The notes beneath the pieces are model-generated. The model did no database searches. It was not told the DNA's origin and worked only from the letters and a program-made list of their open reading frames with translations. A DNA stretch of 64,000 nt from a virus. Taxonomy: Duplodnaviria > Caudoviricetes. Shown here one piece after another: positions 55,445-64,000 of this stretch. Each line of letters starts with the position of its first letter. Positions within the stretch are counted from its first letter, which is position 1. Location of the stretch: IMG/VR virus record IMGVR_UViG_3300027747_002427. The stretch is one strand, 5' to 3'. The translations under genes were made by a program, and so were the position numbers.

Positions 55445-57481
55445 ATGCCAAAACCAATAGATTATACAAAAAATAAAGAATCTCAAGTACACCATACATC
55501 TGGAAGATATAGTGGTATACAATTTGTAGATAATAAACAGGTAGATCCTAATGGTTCTCAAAGTCCTAAAGATAAATCATTTTCTTATTGGGGTAATTCT
55601 TGGAACACTTTTACTAAAATATTTACAGGCAATATTTTTTCTAATGCTCCCGGAAATATTAGTTTAAATGCCGGGGAAGAAGTGCATATTACTGCTCATA
55701 ATAAACAAGAAACTACTTCTGGTGGTAGTGCAGTTTATAATAAAGGCGAAACAGTTCATAATCATGGAGAGATGACTGATGAAGATAAAGCCAAGATGAA
55801 AGAATATCAAGGTTATCTAGATCAGATAACTCAAAAAGCACAAGATGCAATAAAAAATACTGCTGCAGAAAAAGTAACTTGTCCTAATTGTGCTCAAATG
55901 CATCTAATAGATGATAAAAGCGATCAATGGGTTATTATTTTAGATTATATAAGAAGAATAGTAGATAACTTTCCTTATCTTACTTTTCCTTTTGCGGTTT
56001 TAAGAACTTTAATTATGAAAGTTTATGTTCCTCTTTTAGGACAAAAAACTAATTTAGGCCTTAATGGAGGGGAAGGGTGTGGACCAGGATGTAAAAGTGG
56101 AGAAAAGGATGGGATGTCTTTAAAAATGCAGGCCGGTGAAAAAGCTGTAAAAGATGAAATGGAAAAATTATCTGATAAGATGAACAAATTAACAATAGCT
56201 ATGAAAAATTCTTCAGCTACTGCTAAAGTTCATAAAGATAGTGAAATACATATATATGGTGATCCTACAGCTGGTCCTCCTAAAACAAAACCTTATGTGA
56301 CCCCAGGACCACATCATTCTTTGCCTATGAATTTGAGAGTATCAGATTCTTGGAGAAATAAATTAAGAGTATCAACAGAAGGTAATTGTAAAGTAGTAGT
56401 TTATCAACCACCATTACATTCTCCATTTGGTAATCTAATGATGCAAGTTCAAAATAATTTAAAAATTACTACAGGTAATGCTGGCATGGATCTTATGTCT
56501 ACCGGGGAAATAGCTGTAAAGGGTGGATCTGTGCACGTCAATGCATCAGAAGGAGAACTTTCTATTACATCTAAAAACCTTACAACTATAGGTGGTGGTA
56601 ATGTTTTAATAGCTGCAGATAATAAATCTGGTGATACAGGAGTATGTATAGATGCTAAACACACATATGTGAGAGGTGCTTTTAATGTTAATGGTGATGC
56701 AGCTGTGCTCGGTGCTCTTACATTAGACGGGCCTCTATCAGTTCCTTATATTAATTGTCCTACTATGGCAGCTCCTACTACTTTAAACGGATCTTCTAAA
56801 TACGCAAATCATCATGCAAATTGGGAAGAATTTGGGGCAGCTTTAAATGCTCTCAATTTTGAAACAGATTTAATAACAAAATTTTTATTCCAACCTAGTT
56901 TACTATTAACTGGATCTGGATTAACTGAAATTATTATGGAAGCTTATAATTTAATTATGATGGCTATATTTATAGAAATACTTCCTACTGGAATATTCAT
57001 AGGAGCCGGAGTAGGGCTTGGTGCTTGTGCTGTTGCTGGATTAGTTTGGAATTTTACTCATAACCATACCCAGGCTCCTCAAGATCATACTCATGAAGTT
57101 GCCGTTCCTAAGGGAGGATCTTGGAAAACATTAGCTGGTGCCGGTCAACAAAGAGCTGCTGGTAATCCAGCCCCAACAGTTGCTCCTACAAGTGGTACGT
57201 GGCCTTCTCCGGGACCTAGAGCACTGGGTGGTGGTTGTGGTGGTGGTGGATTGTTTAAAAAGGCTCGCAATCAAAATTATGGTATTGATAGTGAAGACGC
57301 TTTCAATGGTGGTAACTATGTCAATACAACTGTTGTGAGAAATCCAGACGGGTCTATATACCCTCCACCAGATTTAACCTATCGTGTTGTTAATGACACG
57401 GGACCAGCTCCAAAGATTGATCCGGTTACTGGTAAGGTTATTATTCCAGATACTACACCTGTAAATGTAGCTTGTGATTAA
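55445..57481 (+). CDS. Central spike beta-helix protein (gp5C-like) with insertions
   Basis: 8-residue beta-helix-like repeats; CPNC...GCGPGC insert; hydrophobic stretch; HNH/HTH; start moved to MPKPIDY. Confidence 0.65.
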   Translation: MPKPIDYTKNKESQVHHTSGRYSGIQFVDNKQVDPNGSQSPKDKSFSYWGNSWNTFTKIFTGNIFSNAPGNISLNAGEEVHITAHNKQETTSGGSAVYNKGETVHNHGEMTDEDKAKMKEYQGYLDQITQKAQDAIKNTAAEKVTCPNCAQMHLIDDKSDQWVIILDYIRRIVDNFPYLTFPFAVLRTLIMKVYVPLLGQKTNLGLNGGEGCGPGCKSGEKDGMSLKMQAGEKAVKDEMEKLSDKMNKLTIAMKNSSATAKVHKDSEIHIYGDPTAGPPKTKPYVTPGPHHSLPMNLRVSDSWRNKLRVSTEGNCKVVVYQPPLHSPFGNLMMQVQNNLKITTGNAGMDLMSTGEIAVKGGSVHVNASEGELSITSKNLTTIGGGNVLIAADNKSGDTGVCIDAKHTYVRGAFNVNGDAAVLGALTLDGPLSVPYINCPTMAAPTTLNGSSKYANHHANWEEFGAALNALNFETDLITKFLFQPSLLLTGSGLTEIIMEAYNLIMMAIFIEILPTGIFIGAGVGLGACAVAGLVWNFTHNHTQAPQDHTHEVAVPKGGSWKTLAGAGQQRAAGNPAPTVAPTSGTWPSPGPRALGGGCGGGGLFKKARNQNYGIDSEDAFNGGNYVNTTVVRNPDGSIYPPPDLTYRVVNDTGPAPKIDPVTGKVIIPDTTPVNVACD

Positions 57482-58314
57482 GCATTAAATACTGGAGGTC
57501 CGTCTTTTAATGCTTGAATAAACGGAGGCAAATCATCTCCTACTTCTATCTCTGCTGTTGTCTTTTTAATTACAAGAGGATACTTCAAAGTTTTTGATAC
57601 GTAATCTTTTTGATCATAAAAATATTTTTTGAATATATTTTTCTGTCCACTTTTAGATATTTTTATATAAAAAGTATAAACATCGGGTATATCATACATT
57701 ACCATAGTCCAACCTTTATTTAAATAATTGTCTTTTAAATATTTTATAAAACTATCAGATTCTGCTTTAGTTGCATTGTTAAAACTATTTTTTACAAAGT
57801 CTACAACTTCTTGAGGTTTCAACATTTCTAAATTAATTGAATTGCCTGGATCGCATGTAAATGTAGCTTTGACAATAGGATTCCCATCCGTGTCACATAT
57901 ATAATCGTTTATAACCTGGCATCCACCTGCATTAACTACTTCTGTATAAGCATTTATACGTGGTATAAAGGTATCATATGCATCTTTTAAAACTTTTCCT
58001 AAAGTTAATCTTTTGTCTCCTTGTTTTGCAAAGGTTTGAGGATCTACTGGATATATAAAAGAATTATCCGCACTTGCTTTATATTCTGGAAAATCTATAG
58101 GATGATTTCTTACAAAGCCTCCCCAATTATCATTTCCAGCCATATTAGCTAAATCAGCTAAAAATTGTTTGGCATTAAATTTTAATGAATCTCCTGTAAC
58201 ACTAGGCCAACTAGAAGTTAAACTATTAGGAAATTCTTGATCTAATATTATATTAATATCTACACCATCAACTGTTTTAATAGATCCATCTGGATTTCTT
58301 GTAATGATTGCCAT
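57478..58314 (-). CDS. Hypothetical protein
   Basis: 278 aa ORF. Confidence 0.5.
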   Translation of the reverse strand: MAIITRNPDGSIKTVDGVDINIILDQEFPNSLTSSWPSVTGDSLKFNAKQFLADLANMAGNDNWGGFVRNHPIDFPEYKASADNSFIYPVDPQTFAKQGDKRLTLGKVLKDAYDTFIPRINAYTEVVNAGGCQVINDYICDTDGNPIVKATFTCDPGNSINLEMLKPQEVVDFVKNSFNNATKAESDSFIKYLKDNYLNKGWTMVMYDIPDVYTFYIKISKSGQKNIFKKYFYDQKDYVSKTLKYPLVIKKTTAEIEVGDDLPPFIQALKDGPPVFNA

Positions 58315-58323
58315 ATATCTTAA

Positions 58324-58725
58324 TTAGTCTAAAAAGTTATTTTGCTGCTGTTGAATGAAGAGGTTTTTCAAAAATTCCATAATAGCGTCTCTGTCCCTAT
58401 GACTATTAAAATGTTGTATAACAACTCTTTCTCCGTCTACATTATACCCCATTATCATAAAGGTATCTAAATACTCTGTAATAATACCCTTTAAAACTGT
58501 TAAGTCTCTAATAGAAACTTTAGTTTCAAAATCTTTTTCTTTAGACCATTTATCTAAACCTTTTTCTAATTCTGCATTATTAATTGCAGCAAAAAGATTA
58601 TTTTTAATCTCTTCTAAAGATTTAGGTTCTCTAACTTGTACTGAAACAGAAGAAAGAGAAGGAACTATCTCTAAAGACAGTTCCTTCTTTTTGATCTTTT
58701 TGCCTTTCTTATTAGGCTCCTGCAT
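58324..58725 (-). CDS. Hypothetical protein
   Basis: Start moved to MQEPNKK. Confidence 0.5.
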   Translation of the reverse strand: MQEPNKKGKKIKKKELSLEIVPSLSSVSVQVREPKSLEEIKNNLFAAINNAELEKGLDKWSKEKDFETKVSIRDLTVLKGIITEYLDTFMIMGYNVDGERVVIQHFNSHRDRDAIMEFLKNLFIQQQQNNFLD

Positions 58726-59035
58726 AAGTCGAGGACTTATTAGTAATACCAAACTTATTCAGGTACTCAATAATGACCTCGATAGAGCTAGTCTTAATCT
58801 TGAAACGCTCTGGAATGAATTGTCCTCCATCATGCATTTCAAAATACTCTTCTCCCATATCATTATGGTTATTGTAACACGTAATGAAGATGGATGCTAC
58901 TTGCGGATCTACAATAACAGTCCAAGAGCGAGGATCTTGAAAACCAAATTCGCTAAAAAGCTTATCGGCTACATATCCACTATCTCTCAGTCTCTTAATG
59001 AAGTAACTGCATGTTGTTATTTTATTCTTTGCCAT
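58712..59035 (-). CDS. Hypothetical protein
   Basis: 107 aa ORF. Confidence 0.5.
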   Translation of the reverse strand: MAKNKITTCSYFIKRLRDSGYVADKLFSEFGFQDPRSWTVIVDPQVASIFITCYNNHNDMGEEYFEMHDGGQFIPERFKIKTSSIEVIIEYLNKFGITNKSSTYAGA

Positions 59036-59064
59036 ATGTTTTATTTTTACTTAATATGTTGTGT

Positions 59065-59820
59065 TTATTTTACTAGAGCTGAAACAATGTATTTCAATTC
59101 TACATCATCATCTTCCTTATTTTGAAAGATGAAAACTTTATACTGATTATTAATCTTTACTTTAATGTCAGTCTTGCAAGAAGCTAAATTCTTAAATACT
59201 TCTGTATTCACTGGAAGAGCTTCCGTAATGGCTTCTCCTTCCAAAGAGTTGGCTACAAGCAAAGTCATATTGTCTACGTTCTGTAACGTGCGATCATTAA
59301 TTTCAGCGTATATCTTACCGTCCTTCGAGTAAAAATAGATCTTGGTAAGATCTGAGGCAAAGGCATAACCAGCCATAATTTGTCTTATTTTACTAGTGGT
59401 TAAAATAAACTCTGTATCAAATTTAAGTTGTACAATCTTTTCTAGATTAACTGGTGTCTCTCTAATAACACTATCATCAACTAAATGGTATTTGAAAAAG
59501 GTCTTTTCATTATCCGAAGACTTAATTTCACATTTAATATTATTGATATTATATTCAATAGAAAACTCTCCATCATCTCCAAGACATTCTAGCCCTGATA
59601 ATAATTTTTTAATGCTAATAAGGTTTAATCTTACCGACTCTTTTAATTCAAATGGTAAAGTAGCCTTAGCATAAAGAATAACTGTCTTATCTGCCGAAGA
59701 GCAAATAGAGTATAGATTACTCTTATCTGCCTTAAGGACACAGCTTTCTGTGAGTCTATTAACTGGTTTAAGTATCTTCTCTAAGAAACTCTTAGGAAGA
59801 GGGATATGAATATCTGACAC
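59065..59820 (-). CDS. gp45: DNA polymerase sliding clamp, T4 gp45-like
   Basis: 251 aa; VILYAKA, IKKLLS, FKYHLVD, FDTEFILT, YIVSAL; replication context. Confidence 0.7.
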   Translation of the reverse strand: MSDIHIPLPKSFLEKILKPVNRLTESCVLKADKSNLYSICSSADKTVILYAKATLPFELKESVRLNLISIKKLLSGLECLGDDGEFSIEYNINNIKCEIKSSDNEKTFFKYHLVDDSVIRETPVNLEKIVQLKFDTEFILTTSKIRQIMAGYAFASDLTKIYFYSKDGKIYAEINDRTLQNVDNMTLLVANSLEGEAITEALPVNTEVFKNLASCKTDIKVKINNQYKVFIFQNKEDDDVELKYIVSALVK

Positions 59821-59833
59821 TTAATTAGTCTTG

Positions 59834-60295
59834 TTAATTGTTTCTATTCTTTTCATTGAAGGTATTGAATACCTTCCCTAACATACCAGACATCTTAGTA
59901 AGAGTAGCATTAACTCTTTCTAACTGAGATCTGATAGCTACCATATCTTCATTAGAAAATTTAACTGGTTCTTGTTGTACAACATTTACTGATCCTACTA
60001 CTGGAGTAGCATTTAAAGGAGGTATAAATTGTCCTTGATCCGATGAATCTGGAACCTCTGATAATGCTTGTCTTTCTGCATCTTGAATAGCCCTCATCAT
60101 GGCCGGGGACACTGGCGTCCCCGGCCCGGAAGAAGCTACCTGCTTACCTACAATAGGAGCAACAAACTTTTGCATATCAATTTTATTAGCTTGATTAATA
60201 CTTTTTTCAACAGTCATACTATCAACACCATGAAGGTGTGAGCCAACCATTCTAGCTAACATTGCTGCTTCTAAAGCTTGTTGCTGTGGATTCAT
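59834..60295 (-). CDS. Hypothetical protein
   Basis: 153 aa ORF. Confidence 0.5.
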   Translation of the reverse strand: MNPQQQALEAAMLARMVGSHLHGVDSMTVEKSINQANKIDMQKFVAPIVGKQVASSGPGTPVSPAMMRAIQDAERQALSEVPDSSDQGQFIPPLNATPVVGSVNVVQQEPVKFSNEDMVAIRSQLERVNATLTKMSGMLGKVFNTFNEKNRNN

Positions 60296-60296
60296 A

Positions 60297-61142
60297 TTAC
60301 TTTAAATCCCTACCTGCGTGAGTAACTGAGACTGCAATTGAAGAGTGAATAGACTCAAGGTGATTAACGATTACAAGGTAATCCTTAATACGACCATCTA
60401 AGTCCTTATCCAACTCAACTGCAACCTTACGAACCATATCTTCAACGAAGACTGGATTCTCATACATAAGCTCTGTCTGATAAGCCTCATCGACTCTCTT
60501 GAGAGCATTAACAATAGGTGCTGAACAGCTACGCTCAACTGCTGCTACAAGCTCTTCAAACCAATAAACGTCTTTACCTTCTGTACCAGTATGACTAAGC
60601 TCAACTGTTACATCTGCATAAGACTGCTGGTTATGAGCTCCATAATCACTGATCTCCTTAGAGCAAGGGCAGAGAGAAGCGTAAAGAACATTGGCATGAA
60701 GATAAAACTTCTTCTCACCATTGATAAGACGACCCTCAAAAGAACCCTGATAGTCCATGTGAGACTTGACCTTAGAGACTGGAGCCTCCTTCATCATGAA
60801 GTAATCAAACTTGATCTTGATGTAAGCGTTCTGTGATTTCAGACGATTCTTACACTCATCAAGAAGGATATCCATAACCTCATCAATACGATGAGTCTTA
60901 TTAGCGAGAACCTCCTCAACTAAGATACGATAGCGACTCATATTTGTACCCTTAACCTCTGGAGTGAGATCTGTGTACATACTAATGATTGCCTTAGTAG
61001 GGTTAATGGTTCCGTCTTGTCTAATGATCTCCATTGGAACTACAATATTCCTAGAACCAACTTTAGGAATATACTTCTTAGGGAAACCATCCAGAGTATT
61101 TTGAATATCTGGAATGTCGTCGTTTGTCTTTATTCTTGGCAT
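60297..61142 (-). CDS. folE2: GTP cyclohydrolase IB
   Basis: IPDIQN, KGTNMSR, SLCPCSKEIS.YGAHNQ, LKRVDE, YENPVFVED, ESIH; start moved to MPRIKT. Confidence 0.92.
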   Translation of the reverse strand: MPRIKTNDDIPDIQNTLDGFPKKYIPKVGSRNIVVPMEIIRQDGTINPTKAIISMYTDLTPEVKGTNMSRYRILVEEVLANKTHRIDEVMDILLDECKNRLKSQNAYIKIKFDYFMMKEAPVSKVKSHMDYQGSFEGRLINGEKKFYLHANVLYASLCPCSKEISDYGAHNQQSYADVTVELSHTGTEGKDVYWFEELVAAVERSCSAPIVNALKRVDEAYQTELMYENPVFVEDMVRKVAVELDKDLDGRIKDYLVIVNHLESIHSSIAVSVTHAGRDLK

Positions 61143-61170
61143 AATTTTATTTGTTTGTTGTTTAATTGAA

Positions 61171-62034
61171 TTACAGATCTTTGAGAATATCTTGGATACG
61201 ATCATTTTGATCTGATAGGACTTCGTTATTATCCTCTACAACCGAAGAAGATGCAACTGACTTTGTTGTCGTAGGAACAACATAACTCTCTTCTTCTTCA
61301 ACTGTGTTGGAAACTGGTGATACAATCTCTTCCTCACCAAGGAAGTGAGTCTTGAGGAGCTTGTTGATATCTTCAACACTCTTATGCTCCATGATGGAAT
61401 CAAGAGGTTTGAAAGACTTATAAATCTCTTCGATGTCTGAAGCACCCTCTAAAGGAGCTGGAGATGTAAACTTAGAACTTACATAGGTAGGATAACCACC
61501 TTCATTCTGCTCAACCTTAATACGAAGATTGCATCCCTTCTCTGAAAGATCAAAGATTCTTGATCCGAGATCCTCTGCATCATCACCACTGATAGCATCT
61601 GTGATGATCTTAGCAAGCTGCTTGCCATAACGGAGAATCTTAACTTGACCCTGATTCTCTGGATTAGTTGGATCTTTAATAACGTAAACATTGGCGAGCC
61701 AATTCTCATTACGCTTGATTGGAGCAATGCGCTTGATCTCAGCTTCATTGTTGGTGCGATAGATCTTAGAGCGATACTCATCGATTGGGCAACGCTCTCC
61801 GTATGTCGTAGGACAAAGAGTTGAGACGAGTTGGTTAGTAACCACACTCTTCCAGAGATGATGGTAGTAGTGATAAAGCGTACGCTCTGGTGCTTCGATG
61901 TTAGGAATAAGGCGAACCAAATAGGTATTGCCAATTTCCAATTTCATAAAGTCTCTGAAACCACTTTCTGCGGTTGAAGACTTCTTGTTAAGAGCCTCTT
62001 TGATAGACTCGAATAGGTTTGTGTTGTATTTCAT
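61171..62034 (-). CDS. gp32: Single-stranded DNA-binding protein
   Basis: VRLIP, LCPTTYGERCPI, WLANVYVIKDPTNPENQGQVKI.RYGK, acidic C-tail. Confidence 0.92.
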   Translation of the reverse strand: MKYNTNLFESIKEALNKKSSTAESGFRDFMKLEIGNTYLVRLIPNIEAPERTLYHYYHHLWKSVVTNQLVSTLCPTTYGERCPIDEYRSKIYRTNNEAEIKRIAPIKRNENWLANVYVIKDPTNPENQGQVKILRYGKQLAKIITDAISGDDAEDLGSRIFDLSEKGCNLRIKVEQNEGGYPTYVSSKFTSPAPLEGASDIEEIYKSFKPLDSIMEHKSVEDINKLLKTHFLGEEEIVSPVSNTVEEEESYVVPTTTKSVASSSVVEDNNEVLSDQNDRIQDILKDL

Positions 62035-62046
62035 ATGTTTGTTTGT

Positions 62047-62733
62047 TTAGTTTGTATTTGTTTGTTTAATATTATATTGAGTCGAATGATTTTTCAACTC
62101 TTCTATAATAAAATTTTTGATTTTTTTTGTAGCTTCTTTTACAAAGCTTTTAGTTTTAGGAGAATTATGATATCTGGTTCTTATAGCATTTAAATTATTA
62201 AAAATGTTAGGCGCCCAAATAGCTTGTTCATCCTCGCTCATATTAGAAAGAGAAGATGTATTTCCTAGTTCCATTATACTATAAGGATTAATATTATGCT
62301 CCCTATAATGTTGTGTCCAGGCTGGCATTCTTCCAATTTTATATGTCAAGTATTGATCCAAGTTGATATTATTTGCAAGGCAGAATACAGCAATAAATCG
62401 AAGACTTTCTTTAATTTTATCAAATTGTTTTTCTGGTGACTGATCTTCTAATTGTTGATGATAGAGGCTATAAGCTCTAATAGCAGCTCTTGTTGTAAAG
62501 AATTTAAGAGGAGGACATTTCTCTTCTGGGTGTAATCCGCGAGGTGCACCAAAGAATTCATCCCATTTAATATGAGGAAATTTAGAGAAGAAGTTATACA
62601 TTCTTCTTAATAAGACAATATTTTCAGAAGTTATATCTGAAAAGTCTTTTCTCGGTTGATACGGCAAACCATTACGAAAATGTTTAAGAAAACAATTGTA
62701 AATGTCTTGCTCTACTTTATTCAGTTGGTTCAA
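62047..62733 (-). CDS. Hypothetical protein in the gp59 (helicase loader) position
   Basis: Synteny upstream of gp32 only; helical. Confidence 0.35.
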   Translation of the reverse strand: MNQLNKVEQDIYNCFLKHFRNGLPYQPRKDFSDITSENIVLLRRMYNFFSKFPHIKWDEFFGAPRGLHPEEKCPPLKFFTTRAAIRAYSLYHQQLEDQSPEKQFDKIKESLRFIAVFCLANNINLDQYLTYKIGRMPAWTQHYREHNINPYSIMELGNTSSLSNMSEDEQAIWAPNIFNNLNAIRTRYHNSPKTKSFVKEATKKIKNFIIEELKNHSTQYNIKQTNTN

Positions 62734-63034
62734 TGTCTTTCTTTTTTTTGTTGAGTTTGGATCGGAAAATCTTTTTATAGATATTAGGCGTACTTCCTAA
62801 ATAGGCACGCATAATATTTTGGAGACTATAATCACCTAATATTGCGAAGTATAATTTTTGTGTCTTTTTATCTTCTATTAAGAATTTAAGGAAATTCAAG
62901 TAATTAAATTTCTTGCCCCTAGCTATACAAACGAAAGAAGCAAATTTCATAGTAATATCTTCAAATTCAGAAAGGTCAAACACATCCGAAGGATTGCTTG
63001 TTTCTTCAATTTGTTGTGAAGAGGTTATAATCAT
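62717..63034 (-). CDS. Hypothetical protein
   Basis: 105 aa ORF. Confidence 0.5.
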   Translation of the reverse strand: MIITSSQQIEETSNPSDVFDLSEFEDITMKFASFVCIARGKKFNYLNFLKFLIEDKKTQKLYFAILGDYSLQNIMRAYLGSTPNIYKKIFRSKLNKKKKDIEPTE

Positions 63035-63927
63035 AATGGTTTTAAATTTTTAGTAACTTCCATAAAGAGGGGAGTTATTTTACCACCAGCAGCATATTCA
63101 TGCCCTCCACCTTCACAAATTTTCTCAGCGAAAGCTCCTACATCAATAGGATCTTCTTTAGAACATTGTCTTATAGAAACTTTTTCAGTTTTAGTATTTA
63201 CAAAGAAAAATATATCTGGGGCATATTTTTGAATAAGAAGATCCATAACTTGTGGAACTATTCTTTCAACTAAACCGGCACATACTTTCTTTTTCTTATT
63301 ACCTATATTTATATCTCCCATGAAAATAGGAACCTTGTCTGCTTCTTGAGAAGCTTCTCTCTTTATAAAATCTACAGCTCTTTTTTGATCTAGAGTAATT
63401 TTTTTAAATCCATTACTATAATCTTTAATAAATTCAGAAAATTTATTGCGATATTGAGACCAGAAAAGAATATTTAAATCATAAGAATCTGGTATTTGAA
63501 GCTTATAAGAATCAAAATCATCTGCTAATGCTATAAGCATCTTTTGATCTTGAGTTAATTCTGGAGAAGATTCCATGAATAATTTTCTCATTAATAAAGC
63601 ATTAGACGAATATTCTTTATATAATACTTTAGCTTTTTTAAATTTGTTTACAAATCTTTCTGAAGACTTATGGTGATCTATAAAAGTAACATTTTCTTTA
63701 TCTAAAAAAGGTAAAAATTCATCTCTTAAAGCTAAATCTAAAACAAAAGTAGTAGGGTTATTGTGAGTATTAGCAAAATGTTCTTTAATTTTAGTTTCTA
63801 TTTCTAAGTTATTTAAAGGAAAATAATGAAATGTGGCATCTGGTCTAGCCCACATTAATGTTAGAAGACTTACAGCGCCGTCTAAATCATTGTGTGTAAA
63901 CACATGGTAACATTTTGACATATTCAT
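63031..63927 (-). CDS. DHH/DHHA1 phosphoesterase
   Basis: HNDLDG, FIDHH, GGGHEYAAG. Confidence 0.88.
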   Translation of the reverse strand: MNMSKCYHVFTHNDLDGAVSLLTLMWARPDATFHYFPLNNLEIETKIKEHFANTHNNPTTFVLDLALRDEFLPFLDKENVTFIDHHKSSERFVNKFKKAKVLYKEYSSNALLMRKLFMESSPELTQDQKMLIALADDFDSYKLQIPDSYDLNILFWSQYRNKFSEFIKDYSNGFKKITLDQKRAVDFIKREASQEADKVPIFMGDINIGNKKKKVCAGLVERIVPQVMDLLIQKYAPDIFFFVNTKTEKVSIRQCSKEDPIDVGAFAEKICEGGGHEYAAGGKITPLFMEVTKNLKPL

Positions 63928-63951
63928 TATTTAATACCATGTTACTAACTA

Positions 63952-64000
63952 TCACCCCTCATCATCTAAATTCTCTATAAGATTGAGCGTATCAGCTATA
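63952..64000 (-). CDS. 3' end of an upstream gene (truncated by window)
   Basis: ...IADTLNLIENLDDEG* in one open frame. Confidence 0.35.
   Translation of the reverse strand, partial: IADTLNLIENLDDEG

Overview
AT-rich 64 kb segment of a large T4-like (contractile-tail) bacteriophage genome. The ORFs read cleanly in the standard code. Positions ~1-36.6 kb are a mosaic accessory region: many short monocistronic genes, nucleotide/auxiliary metabolism genes (guaC, cysC, purA, hpt, dCMP deaminase, nrdB-nrdA, phoH), a lysis cassette, a tmRNA and 11 tRNAs. Positions ~36.7-57.5 kb are a tail/baseplate/packaging block (sheath, tube, baseplate parts, large terminase, spike genes). Positions ~57.5-64 kb are a minus-strand replication block (clamp, folE2, gp32 SSB, DHH hydrolase). 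Main highlights: (1) two tandem gp5-type OB-fold genes with conserved flanks but different peptidoglycan-enzyme cassettes (Tlde1-like L,D-peptidase vs lysozyme-like) inserted at the same site, followed by a separate beta-helix needle gene; (2) a set of late genes with T4 capsid-targeting-like N-termini, including a HiPIP [4Fe-4S] protein behind nrdA and a HAD-nucleotidase polyprotein; (3) a tRNA-Ser with an A34 (ACU) anticodon; (4) a tmRNA with a 34-aa tag; (5) promoter-like motifs a few nt upstream of start codons, suggesting largely leaderless mRNAs. All protein family calls are from motif recognition by eye; no database searches were run.
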